The notes beneath the pieces were generated by a model. That model was not told the DNA's origin, did not search any database, and saw only the letters and a list, made by a program, of their open reading frames with translations. A stretch of DNA of 56,886 bases from an uncultured Dehalococcoidia bacterium (GTDB lineage: Bacteria > Chloroflexota > Dehalococcoidia > Lucifugimonadales > Australimonadaceae), in contig CALGTL010000020.1 in NCBI GenBank assembly GCA_937901475.1, positions 1 through 56,886 on the forward strand, read 5' to 3'. Below, in pieces: positions 10,075 to 19,315 of the stretch. The first letter of the stretch is position 1. The number at the start of each line of letters is the position of its first letter. The position numbers and the translations under genes are program-made.

Positions 10075-11979
10075 ATGGCTGTTACCCCTACGCAAGATCA
10101 ATGGCTCCTCACTCTCAAGCTTACTGGCCTAGGCCGGCTAGGAGAGGCGATGGCTGAGGTCTATGGTAAGCCGGTCTATGTCTTCGGAGGCATCCCTGGT
10201 GAGACGGTGGTGGCTGAAGTCATCCGTGAGCGACGCGGGTATTTCGCGGCACAGGTGGTCGAAGTTCTAGAAGCTTCTCCCGACCGAGTCGAGCCGCCGT
10301 GCCCCTACTTCGGTGCATGTACGGGCTGTCAGTTCCAGCACGTTTCCTACGAACGACAACTTGAGATGAAGCGCGAGGCGGTGGTCGATGCAATGGAGCG
10401 TATCGGCGAGATGGATGGTGGAATCGTCGGCCAAACCATGGCTAGCCCTCAGCAGCTAGGCTATCGCAACCATGCACGATTCACCGTGAGTAAACCGGAG
10501 TCGCGCCCAGGGCGGATAGGTTACGTGCATCGGGAGAAGCGGCAGCATGTAGAGATTGATCGCTGTCTACTGATGACGGACTGGATAAATGAGGCAGTAG
10601 ATAATCTTCAAGGCAAAGTTACTGAGACGACCCAGCTTTCGTTGCGCTATGGAGTGAATACGGGCGACTGGTTGCTCCAGCCATCGTTTAGTGAGACGAC
10701 TGTGTCCATGGCTTCAGGGCAGAAGCACTACAGGGAAGAGTTGCTTGGCCACACTTTCCAAGTTTCATCGCCGTCGTTTTTCCAAGTGAACACTCATCAA
10801 GCTGAGCGGATGATGACTTATGTCATTGAGGCACTAGAACTCACCGGTGAGGAAACTATTGTTGATGCCTACGCCGGAGTGGCAACGTTTGCGGTCTTGC
10901 TCGCAGGTCACGTGAAGCGTGTCATCGCCGTTGAGGAGTCGGCGTCCGCGTTAGTTGATGCTCGCGTCAATGTTGCAGGTATCGATAATGTTGAATTGTG
11001 GCGGGCGCGTACGGAAGACGTACTAGAAGAACTTGTGGAACAGGGGCTGGATGCGATCATCCTTGACCCTCCACGGACAGGCTGCATGCCGGGTACGATT
11101 GAAGCATTGTTGAATAGCCCGCCGCGCCGCGTCGTCTACGTGTCTTGCGACCCGGAGACGCTTGCGCGAGACCTTGCGTTGTTAACGGCAGGCCCCTTCG
11201 TTCTTGAGTCGGTTACACCAGTCGATATGTTCCCGCAGACACAGCACGTCGAAAGCGTGAGTATTTTAAGGTTCAACTCGGCGCGACATGCGCAGCTTGA
11301 GGCACGCTCTATGCTCGTGTTGGCATCTACTTCACCTCGTCGACACGAGATACTAAGGCGATTGGGTGTGGACTTCGAAGCAGCTCCGAATGATGCGGAA
11401 GAGCCTGCGGCGCGCCCAGGCCAGGAACCATCCGATGTAGCAGTCGAACGAGCATTGATTAAGGCTCGTGCCTCAGCAGCGTTGCGCGAATCGGGAACAA
11501 TTATAGGCGCTGATACCGTGGTTGAACTTGATGGGAAGGTTCTCGGTAAGCCAAAGGATACTAATGACGCTTGGCGGATGCTGACTGCTCTTCGGAATCG
11601 GGAGCATCGCGTAATAACTGGGGTAGCTTTAATCGATGCTGCGACCGGCGATGAACGGGCATCGTACCGTGCGTCACGAGTGGTGATGCGGGATTACAGC
11701 GACGATGAAATCAATTCGTATATCAGTTCAGGGGATCCGTTCGACAAGGCGGGCGCGTACGCGGTGCAACATAAAGAATTCTCCCCTGCTGCTGAGGTGA
11801 GAGGATGTTATCTTAATGTAGTTGGCTTGCCGGTCTGTACGTTACTGAAAGAAGTCGCGCGGTTTGGTTTGCGGGTAAGGCCCGCGCCAGAGCCGCCTTG
11901 GGCTGAACTCTCATACTGCCCCGAATGTGCGAAGCGAACTGGGTGGCCGGTACCTAGCAAACGAAAGCGTGGCGGATGA
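10075..11979 (+). CDS. rlmD: Fusion of an RlmD-family RNA (uracil-C5) methyltransferase and a Maf nucleoside-triphosphate pyrophosphatase
   Basis: N-terminal part: TRAM domain, CPYFGACTGC Fe-S motif, SFFQVN, DPPR, YVSC, DMFPQT. C-terminal part: LVLASTSPRR, GADTVV, LGKP, DKAGAYAVQ, NVVGLP. One continuous frame; the start could be 10042 or 10075. Confidence 0.9.
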   Translation: MAVTPTQDQWLLTLKLTGLGRLGEAMAEVYGKPVYVFGGIPGETVVAEVIRERRGYFAAQVVEVLEASPDRVEPPCPYFGACTGCQFQHVSYERQLEMKREAVVDAMERIGEMDGGIVGQTMASPQQLGYRNHARFTVSKPESRPGRIGYVHREKRQHVEIDRCLLMTDWINEAVDNLQGKVTETTQLSLRYGVNTGDWLLQPSFSETTVSMASGQKHYREELLGHTFQVSSPSFFQVNTHQAERMMTYVIEALELTGEETIVDAYAGVATFAVLLAGHVKRVIAVEESASALVDARVNVAGIDNVELWRARTEDVLEELVEQGLDAIILDPPRTGCMPGTIEALLNSPPRRVVYVSCDPETLARDLALLTAGPFVLESVTPVDMFPQTQHVESVSILRFNSARHAQLEARSMLVLASTSPRRHEILRRLGVDFEAAPNDAEEPAARPGQEPSDVAVERALIKARASAALRESGTIIGADTVVELDGKVLGKPKDTNDAWRMLTALRNREHRVITGVALIDAATGDERASYRASRVVMRDYSDDEINSYISSGDPFDKAGAYAVQHKEFSPAAEVRGCYLNVVGLPVCTLLKEVARFGLRVRPAPEPPWAELSYCPECAKRTGWPVPSKRKRGG

Positions 11980-12296
11980 ACCTCTTCGGCATAGGGAATT
12001 TAGAGTTATTTGCCATTCTGGTGGTCATGTTGCTGGTGCTAGGACCAGCAGGGATGGTTGATATCGCGCGGCAGGCAGGTCACTGGTGGAGGGAATCCCA
12101 GCGATTCTTGCGGTCTATGGCTGATGCGGCGACGGTGGCGCTGGATGAAAAGCCGTCATCGCGTACTCCGCCTCGCGACCAGGTTCCCGAGCCTGAGGAT
12201 GCGGTGAAGCGAGGCTCAGTGGGCGTGACGGACGAGGTGGTGGAACACCTTACCGGTGGCGCGGAGGCAGTGGACTATCCGTCCACTGATCGTTAG
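11976..12296 (+). CDS. tatB: TatA/TatB-family twin-arginine translocase subunit (TatB-like)
   Basis: MNLFGIGNLEL...LLVLGP transmembrane helix and hinge, followed by an amphipathic helix; lies directly before tatC. Confidence 0.75.
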   Translation: MNLFGIGNLELFAILVVMLLVLGPAGMVDIARQAGHWWRESQRFLRSMADAATVALDEKPSSRTPPRDQVPEPEDAVKRGSVGVTDEVVEHLTGGAEAVDYPSTDR

Positions 12297-13130
12297 ATGT
12301 CAAACGAGGCAATGACTCTTCGTGATCATCTAGACGAACTGCGTAAACGACTCATGTTCACGGTCGCATTCCTTGTGCTCGCGGTGATAGTGGCGTTTGT
12401 ATTCCGCAATTTATTGCTGGAATTCTTATTGGAACCTGGCTATGGCAGTGGCGACGACCGGCCTATCGCAACCGAAGTTTTGGAGACCGTGGGAGTGATT
12501 TTTAAAGTTACTCTCATGGCAGGCTTCGTGGCGACTCTACCAGTCATCCTCTATCAGACCATCATGTTCATCTCTCCCGGTTTAACCGGGCGTGAGCGCG
12601 CCTATCTCTACGTGTTGTTGCCAACTGTGCTGATTGCCTTTGCTGGTGGTGCGACGTTCGCTTATTTGGTTCTGTTTCCACCTGCTTTCCTGTTTCTTTC
12701 GGAGTTCGGTATTGAGCATGTCAACCCAGAGATTCGAATCTCAAGCTACGTGGGTGTGATTGTTTCGCTGATGTTTTGGATGGGTGTGGTTTTTCAGATT
12801 CCATTGGTGCTATTCGCACTGGCGCGCTTCGGCATTGTGACCCCGCATTTGTTGTCACGCTTCCGGAGGTTCGCGATTGTTCTTGCTTTTATCGCGGCGG
12901 CAATAATCACGCCGACCTTTGACCCGGTGAACCAGGTTTTGGTGGCTGTACCAATCATCATTCTGTATGAGCTTGGCATCATCTTGGCGCGGCTCGGCCA
13001 ACGTTTGCGCCGAGGTGCCGCAGAATCTGATAATCGCGATGAACGCCAGAGCAGGCCGAGTCGACGAGCGCCCTTCCGCCTTTTGAAGTTTTGGCGATGG
13101 TCCCTGCGCTTCTGGAAGCGTGGAGGCTAG
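12297..13130 (+). CDS. tatC: Twin-arginine translocase subunit TatC
   Basis: MTLRDHLDELRKRL, FISPGL..RE, FQIP, AAIITPT.D, LYE. Confidence 0.96.
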   Translation: MSNEAMTLRDHLDELRKRLMFTVAFLVLAVIVAFVFRNLLLEFLLEPGYGSGDDRPIATEVLETVGVIFKVTLMAGFVATLPVILYQTIMFISPGLTGRERAYLYVLLPTVLIAFAGGATFAYLVLFPPAFLFLSEFGIEHVNPEIRISSYVGVIVSLMFWMGVVFQIPLVLFALARFGIVTPHLLSRFRRFAIVLAFIAAAIITPTFDPVNQVLVAVPIIILYELGIILARLGQRLRRGAAESDNRDERQSRPSRRAPFRLLKFWRWSLRFWKRGG

Positions 13131-14412
13131 CGTTATCAGTGCACTCGCTCAACGTCTTTCACGCGTAACGCCCTTTTACTATGGCTGGATTATTGTCGTT
13201 ATCGCAGGGCTCGCCAACGCGTCGCGCGTGTCTTCGGCAGTGGAAGTCTCTAGCGTGTTCGTTCCTGCGCTCACTGAGGAGTACGGATGGAGTAAGACGG
13301 TCATCGCAAGCGGGACGACTATCGGTGGTATCGGTGTGATGATGGCAGGGCCGTTAGTGGGGCGCATCCTGGATCGGTACGGTTCGCGAATTGTGGTTCC
13401 CATTGGCGCAATGCTCACAGGCTTAGGTTGCTTCGTGCTGGCGAGTGTGACGATTGCTCCGATGTTCATTCTTGTCTACGCCTTTGTCCGTCTTTCTGGG
13501 CAGGCGTTCGTGCAATTCCCTAACCAAGTGACTGTCGCAAAGTGGTTCAGCCGGCGGCGAGGGCGTGCGTCAGCACTCCTCGTTGGTTTGGGCTCAATCG
13601 GCTTGATCAGTGCACCAGTCGCTGTTACCGCAATCATCGGCAGGTACGGAATCGGGGAAGCGTGGGTAGCGCTCGGGGTGCTGGCAATCGCACTAGGTGT
13701 TGTGCCAACACTGGTACTGGGTGCACGCCGCCCTGAGGACATCGGGCTGTCTCCGGATGGCGCGGAGGCTTCGACAGAGGTAGAAAGCCGCAGTGTTGCC
13801 ACAACTGCGGATGCTGGTGACTGGACGCTTTCGGAGGCGATACGCTCCCCGACTCTCTGGCTGGTGGCTGTGTCAGGAGCGCTGTATTCGCTGTCGTCCA
13901 CGGGAGTTGGGTTCCACCAACTGGCGTACTACGTGGAGCAGGGGATATCAGCAGGGACTGCTGCTGCTGTGGTGAGTACATTTGCCATTGGCCTGACAAT
14001 AGGGGGAATCACCTGGGGAGTGCTGGCCGACAGGGTTTCCATTCGTGGCCTGATTACGCTGCAGTACGCGCTAGCGATGGGTCTGATGCTTGCTTTGCTC
14101 AGCGCAGATACTCCGACTGAGGCATTTTCGATTTCGTTCGCGTCGGGGTTGTTGGTGGGAGGCGCGTTGTCTATGCCGACGTTATTGTTCGCCAACTATT
14201 TTGGTCGTACCAACCTTGGAGCTATTTCTGGGGTTTTACAGATGACCCGCGGTGTGTCGTTGGGATCAGGGCCAGTAGTAGCCGCTCTGATCTACGACTT
14301 TACGGGCGGCTACGCCCATGCGTTCATGACGTTCGCTGTGCTGTGTGCCATGGCGTTCGTTCTGATGCTGTTCGCACGGCGACCAGTGAGGCGATCCGTC
14401 TCCGCAGAGTAG
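13120..14412 (+). CDS. MFS transporter
   Basis: About 12 TM helices; motif A GRILDRYGSR and GVLADRVS; KWFSRRRGRA. Confidence 0.92.
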   Translation: MEASVISALAQRLSRVTPFYYGWIIVVIAGLANASRVSSAVEVSSVFVPALTEEYGWSKTVIASGTTIGGIGVMMAGPLVGRILDRYGSRIVVPIGAMLTGLGCFVLASVTIAPMFILVYAFVRLSGQAFVQFPNQVTVAKWFSRRRGRASALLVGLGSIGLISAPVAVTAIIGRYGIGEAWVALGVLAIALGVVPTLVLGARRPEDIGLSPDGAEASTEVESRSVATTADAGDWTLSEAIRSPTLWLVAVSGALYSLSSTGVGFHQLAYYVEQGISAGTAAAVVSTFAIGLTIGGITWGVLADRVSIRGLITLQYALAMGLMLALLSADTPTEAFSISFASGLLVGGALSMPTLLFANYFGRTNLGAISGVLQMTRGVSLGSGPVVAALIYDFTGGYAHAFMTFAVLCAMAFVLMLFARRPVRRSVSAE

Positions 14413-14670
14413 GACTCCAACCCTGGCTGTCCGACGAGATATCGCCCCCTTTGTCGTGATGACAGAGTGAGGGTTGGCCAGTGCACTTTAGCGAAACCGG
14501 TGTCTTCAAAGGAAGACTATTCTTGGCTCTGTAGAGATACCGGAGCCTGTTTCCAGGTTCATTCCCCGCGTGTCTGAACTCAGCCGTCAAGGTAATGCTA
14601 AGGGAAAATAGGAAGTGCAATCCACGCAGAAGGGAGAACAGAGTTCTCTTGGATGGATTGATTAAGCAGG

Positions 14671-14862
14671 CTAGGACTTGGTGGTAGTTTCGGTTTTCTC
14701 TTCTTCTTTCCCTGCCTCTTCGTCTTTGCCCTCGACGGAGGATTTGAACTCACGAATGCCCTTGCCTAGGGATCGTCCAATTTCGGGGACACGTTTGGCA
14801 CCGAAAAGTAGCAGGATGGCCATCAGGATCAGGCCCAATTCCCAAGGATTCAGTCCAAACAT
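14671..14862 (-). CDS. tatA: Twin-arginine translocase TatA/TatE subunit
   Basis: MFGLNPWELGLILMAILLLFGAKRVPEIGRSLGKGIREFK. Confidence 0.93.
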   Translation of the reverse strand: MFGLNPWELGLILMAILLLFGAKRVPEIGRSLGKGIREFKSSVEGKDEEAGKEEEKTETTTKS

Positions 14863-14952
14863 CGCTTTCACCCTTCTCCGGTCGCTTGTGTTAGTAGCAA
14901 GCTAAATTCTAACACGCTACGTTGTATAACGACGTCGAGTGCATCTGGTTTT

Positions 14953-15990
14953 TCAACGGTGCCAGGCTGCAGGCCGTGGCGTGGCTTGCAGCACACCTGC
15001 CTGGGCAAGGAGTTCGGTCAGTGCGAGGGCATCAGTGGTGTCGCTAGTTTTCATGGCCAGGTCTGCTTCGAGAAGGAGGCGATAGAGACTCCGCACTGCG
15101 TCTGGGGAGAAGCGACGCGCTTGTTCGGACGCCTTTCGAACTACGAAATCGGACGAGGTGCCAATGCGTTGGGCCCATTCGGTCTGGGGGATTTTGCGAT
15201 TAGCGAGGTCTTGAGCGACGGCGACCATGCGGGCTTGCCTGGCAATCATGGCAATGAGGTAAGGGCCGGTAGCACCGGAATCTAGAAGGCGCTCGCATAC
15301 TTCAAGTGCGTTGGCTGCTTTCTTGTCCATGATTGCATCGACGAGTTCGAAGACACTGGATTCACGGTTGCCTGCGACTAACGCATGGATATCTGCGACG
15401 GTGATGGCGCGACCGCCGACATAGATAGCGAGTTTTTCAATCTCTCCGTCTAGGGCCCAAAGATTGGAGCCGACAATCTCGGCCAATTCAGCCACGGCTT
15501 GGGGCTCTATGGAGGCATTCTTCATGGCGGAACGGTCGCGGATCCAATTAGTGAGTGATTCACGGCGCATCAGCTGGAATTCACGAGGCTTGACCAGGTC
15601 GGGGCCGAGCGCCTTGATGGCTACAAGAATGGGGTTGGTGGCACTGACTTTGCCGTCGATGAAGACGACGTCAGTGGATGGAGGCAGAACGGGCAGGAGC
15701 TTACTTAGGCTTAAGGCTGGACCATCGCCTTCGCCTTTGAGCTTACGCCCGCGCCTACCTGCTCGCTGGCCTTCAACGGTGCCGAGGAGCCCTCGGACAA
15801 TCACTAGGCGGCGGTCAGCGAGGAATGGTACGACCATGGCTGCGGCACCGAAGTTGTCGATGGTGAATCGACCGCCTTCGATAAACGTGACGTTGGTGTC
15901 ACGCATGTCTTCGGGGCCGACCGCTGCCATCAAAGGCTTGATTGCCTCTGAGGAAGAGAAGTCATCGTCTCCGTAAAAAATGTATATCAA
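14953..15990 (-). CDS. holA: DNA polymerase III delta subunit
   Basis: IYIFYGDD, PFLADRRLVIV, EIEKLAIY, VFELVDAI, EADLAMK. Confidence 0.9.
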   Translation of the reverse strand: MIYIFYGDDDFSSSEAIKPLMAAVGPEDMRDTNVTFIEGGRFTIDNFGAAAMVVPFLADRRLVIVRGLLGTVEGQRAGRRGRKLKGEGDGPALSLSKLLPVLPPSTDVVFIDGKVSATNPILVAIKALGPDLVKPREFQLMRRESLTNWIRDRSAMKNASIEPQAVAELAEIVGSNLWALDGEIEKLAIYVGGRAITVADIHALVAGNRESSVFELVDAIMDKKAANALEVCERLLDSGATGPYLIAMIARQARMVAVAQDLANRKIPQTEWAQRIGTSSDFVVRKASEQARRFSPDAVRSLYRLLLEADLAMKTSDTTDALALTELLAQAGVLQATPRPAAWHR

Positions 15991-16107
15991 ATAGATGCCT
16001 CAAAATGCTCGCTGCTCTTGGTATAGCAGGGTTGGGGCGCCGGCGATAGCGTATGCAGGTCGTGATGGTATTCGGAGATATAATGCGCGCCTTTAGGGGG
16101 ATTGAAT

Positions 16108-16506
16108 TTGGCGTTCTTGTTTTTCCTGCGGCGGATATTCTCGATTTCTTTTCTGATGTCGCATTCGGCGGTTCCGAATCGATTGAAAGTGCTTCCGGTC
16201 ATTGCGTTTATTTATATGATTTTCCCGCGGGACTTGTTCATCGATTTTCACCCATTCGGTTTAGCTGATGACCTGGTGGCGGTGTCGGTTCTACTGAGTA
16301 TCTTTATCAATAAGAGCTGGAAGTATGTGGGAGGGGATGGCAAGAAGAAGAGCGACGCGATCGATGCGGACTTCGAGGTGTTGATACACGAAGAGAAGCG
16401 CTCCGAGGGGGACGCATTCCCTGATTCTTCTCGTGACTCTGATGTGACGTATACCGAGGGGTCAGTTGAGGATACTCCTCACGATGATTTGCGTTCGCAG
16501 AGTTGA
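16108..16506 (+). CDS. YkvA/DUF1232-like small membrane protein
   Basis: YMIFPRDLFIDFHPFGLADD matches the Y..SP.D.IPD...G..DD pattern. SD aggggg lies 7 nt before TTG 16108 (ORF-track start 16102). Confidence 0.7.
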   Translation: MAFLFFLRRIFSISFLMSHSAVPNRLKVLPVIAFIYMIFPRDLFIDFHPFGLADDLVAVSVLLSIFINKSWKYVGGDGKKKSDAIDADFEVLIHEEKRSEGDAFPDSSRDSDVTYTEGSVEDTPHDDLRSQS

Positions 16507-16858
16507 TGGCGTGATGCTGGCGCTGAGTTTGGCGAGCGTGCTGACCATTCCTTTAGCGACTACCTGTCCAAAAGGAGGAGTGAAGCTAAGGAAATCCCAG
16601 AGACTTTTCTTCTAGGAGAGCGATTCCTCTGCACTCTATACTCCATGGCTTTGGCGCTCTGAGGAGAGCGCGTGAATGCGTAGCTCGCTGCTCCGAGCGC
16701 GCTTGGTTTGTACAAAACTTAGAATGCTTCGAAAGCAGAATAAACGAGCGCGGCCCTTTTTCTTCTGCTGGGCTAGGCCTCTCCTCAGGGAGGAAGGCTT
16801 GTTTCCAGGGTGGGGTAGCGCACAATGCATGGAATCAAAATAAGGAATAGGTGACCAC

Positions 16859-17047
16859 TTGGCACAAGCAGACGATAAAGTGATTGTTCTCCCTTTGCTG
16901 GAATCCACAGCGGACATGGAGCAGTCGATTAACAAGTGCATTGAAGATCAATTCGCGGGCCAGGAATCTTTTGAATTGATGGCGATTCTCGCACCAACCA
17001 ATGCTAAGTACTTGATACTCTCGTTCTCGATCGCAGAAGAAGACTAA
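16859..17047 (+). CDS. Small acidic hypothetical protein (62 aa)
   Basis: SD-like aaggaataggtga before the TTG; beta-alpha-beta-beta-like hydrophobic pattern; long hairpin immediately after the stop. Confidence 0.55.
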   Translation: MAQADDKVIVLPLLESTADMEQSINKCIEDQFAGQESFELMAILAPTNAKYLILSFSIAEED

Positions 17048-17342
17048 CAATGGCTGTGGCCGGGAGTAGGATAAAGAGACGACGGGACATCTTCCGTCGA
17101 TTGGTGTTTATACGGCTCCCTGGCCACAGCTATTACGCTTCTTGCCCCTGACGCGTCCTTCGCCACCACGGGAGCGAGGGCTTCTTTCAATGCTGCTGGC
17201 AAGTGTCTTGTAGAGCACCTTTAAGCAGCACTTCGGGGTTTCATATTTACCCTGGAACCTCCTACTGTGTGCCCAGGCTGACGCGTTCAGGTGGTTAATT
17301 CGTATAATCACCCCCGTATTCCTACTCGCGAAGGAGCGCCGC

Positions 17343-19052
17343 ATGCCCACTCAACCTAGTCACCCTTTGAAGAAACACTCTGCCGAGATGACCGATGGAC
17401 CATCTCGCGCTCCGGCGCGGGCAATGCTGAAGGCTATTGGTTTTACGGACGAGGATTTGGCAAAGCCAATCATCGGCGTGGCGACCACATGGATTGAGAC
17501 AATGCCTTGCAATTACAACCAGCGAGAGCTAGCGCAGTATGTGAAGGAAGGTATTCGGCAAGCGGGCGGCACACCGATGGAGTTCAATACTATTTCTGTT
17601 TCCGATGGTGTGACGATGGGAACCGAAGGTATGCGCGGGTCGCTGGTTAGCCGCGAGGTCATCACTGATTCAATTGAAGTGGTCGCGCGTGGACATTCAT
17701 TCGATGGATTGGTGGTATTGGTAGGCTGCGATAAGACATTGCCCGCCGGGGCAATGGCGTTAGCTCGCTTAAATCTGCCAGGATTGGCTTTCTACAACGG
17801 CTCAATCGCGCCAGGGCGCCTAGATGGCAAAGACCTGACGGTTTTAGACGTGTTTGAGGCGGTCGGAGCTCATGGCGCTGGCAAAATAGATGACGCGCGC
17901 TTGAAGGCAGTTGAGGACGCAGCGTGTCCCGGTGCGGGCGCATGTGGTGGTCAGTTCACGGCGAATACGATGGCAATGGCGCTTGAATTCTTGGGCATCA
18001 GCCCAGCGGGCGCGAATGCGGTGCCAGCGTTGGGCAAGTCCAAGGCAGAGGAGGCCCGTAAGGCTGGCCGCCTGGTGATGGAACTACTGGAACAAGACAT
18101 TAAGCCTCGCGACATCATGACCCGAGATGCTTTTGAGAATGCAATCTCGGGGGTTGCGGCGACGGCGGGCTCAACCAATGCCGTGCTGCATATGTTGGCG
18201 ATTGCACGCGAGGCAGGCGTCGAACTGTCTATTGATGATTTTGACACGATTTCTTGGAATACCCCGATTGTGGCAGATATGAAGCCTGGCGGTCAGTACG
18301 TTGCAGAGGATTTGTACAACGCTGGTGGCTATGGACTGGTGTCCAAGCAGATATTGGCTGGCGAGCGAGGTCATGCGGATGCAGTGAACGTTGACGGGGG
18401 TACGTTTGGGAGTATTGCGGCGAGTGTTGTGGCGACGGCAGATCAGAAGGTTGTTGTGGATATCGAGAAGCCAATCAAAAACAACGGGGGCATTGCGATT
18501 CTGCGCGGGAATCTGGCACCTGATGGTTGCGTGGTGAAACTGGCAGGGCATGACCGCGATTATCACCGAGGGCCGGCGAAGGTATTCGAACGCGAAGAAG
18601 ATTGCTTTGCGGCTGTCCAGTCCGGGCAGATAAAACCCGATGACGTGGTGGTTATCCGCTATGAGGGGCCGGTTGGCGGGCCGGGGATGCGTGAGATGTT
18701 GGGCGTTACGGCGGCAATCGTGGGCGCTGGATTGAGCGACGATGTGGTGCTAATCACGGACGGTCGCTTCTCTGGCGCTACGCATGGATTCATGGTGGGC
18801 CACATGTCACCTGAAGCTGCACTGGGTGGCAATATCGCTTTTGTGAAGGACGGCGACCAGATCGTTCTGGACGTGGTAGCTCGTAGGCTCGATTTGGATA
18901 TCTCTGCTGAGGAATTGGCGAAGCGTAAGGAAGGCTGGACTGCACCTGCGCCACGCTACACGACGGGAGTGTTTTCCAAATATGCGAAGAGCGTGTCTTC
19001 AGCGAGCGAGGGAGCAATCACCAGCCCAGGCCTTCCAGGTAGTATCTGGTAG
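17343..19052 (+). CDS. ilvD: Dihydroxy-acid dehydratase
   Basis: [44 protein letters not shown]. Confidence 0.97.
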   Translation: MPTQPSHPLKKHSAEMTDGPSRAPARAMLKAIGFTDEDLAKPIIGVATTWIETMPCNYNQRELAQYVKEGIRQAGGTPMEFNTISVSDGVTMGTEGMRGSLVSREVITDSIEVVARGHSFDGLVVLVGCDKTLPAGAMALARLNLPGLAFYNGSIAPGRLDGKDLTVLDVFEAVGAHGAGKIDDARLKAVEDAACPGAGACGGQFTANTMAMALEFLGISPAGANAVPALGKSKAEEARKAGRLVMELLEQDIKPRDIMTRDAFENAISGVAATAGSTNAVLHMLAIAREAGVELSIDDFDTISWNTPIVADMKPGGQYVAEDLYNAGGYGLVSKQILAGERGHADAVNVDGGTFGSIAASVVATADQKVVVDIEKPIKNNGGIAILRGNLAPDGCVVKLAGHDRDYHRGPAKVFEREEDCFAAVQSGQIKPDDVVVIRYEGPVGGPGMREMLGVTAAIVGAGLSDDVVLITDGRFSGATHGFMVGHMSPEAALGGNIAFVKDGDQIVLDVVARRLDLDISAEELAKRKEGWTAPAPRYTTGVFSKYAKSVSSASEGAITSPGLPGSIW

Positions 19053-19153
19053 CTGGGTTTGTCTGGTCATAATGATGATTTGCTATCCCCTGCGTTGACT
19101 TACCGTTAAGCGGCGTGTAATCACCCGAAGACCGCGAGGTAAAAGGAAGCACA

Positions 19154-19237
19154 ATGTTACGCAAAATCCTTGTGATTATTGGCGTGATCTGGACCGTGAA
19201 TAAGATACGCAGGTCAAAGACGAGCTCGACAAGGTAA
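19154..19237 (+). CDS. Candidate 27-aa single-pass small protein MLRKILVIIGVIWTVNKIRRSKTSSTR
   Basis: Below the ORF-track cut-off. Purine-rich SD gaggtaaaaggaag before the ATG; hydrophobic core flanked by basic residues. Confidence 0.45.
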   Translation: MLRKILVIIGVIWTVNKIRRSKTSSTR

Positions 19238-19315
19238 CGTGACGGCGATGGGCTGACCCATTGTGACAAGAGCCTATAGCGTGGTCGAGTTGGTGGTCGC
19301 TATGATCATACGACC

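Noticed and set aside
14410-14577. Amber readthrough of the MFS gene (frame stays open about 55 codons past the TAG, with a hairpin just downstream)
   Set aside because: The MFS is complete at the TAG, similar hairpins follow TAA stops, and no pyrrolysine machinery is in the window.
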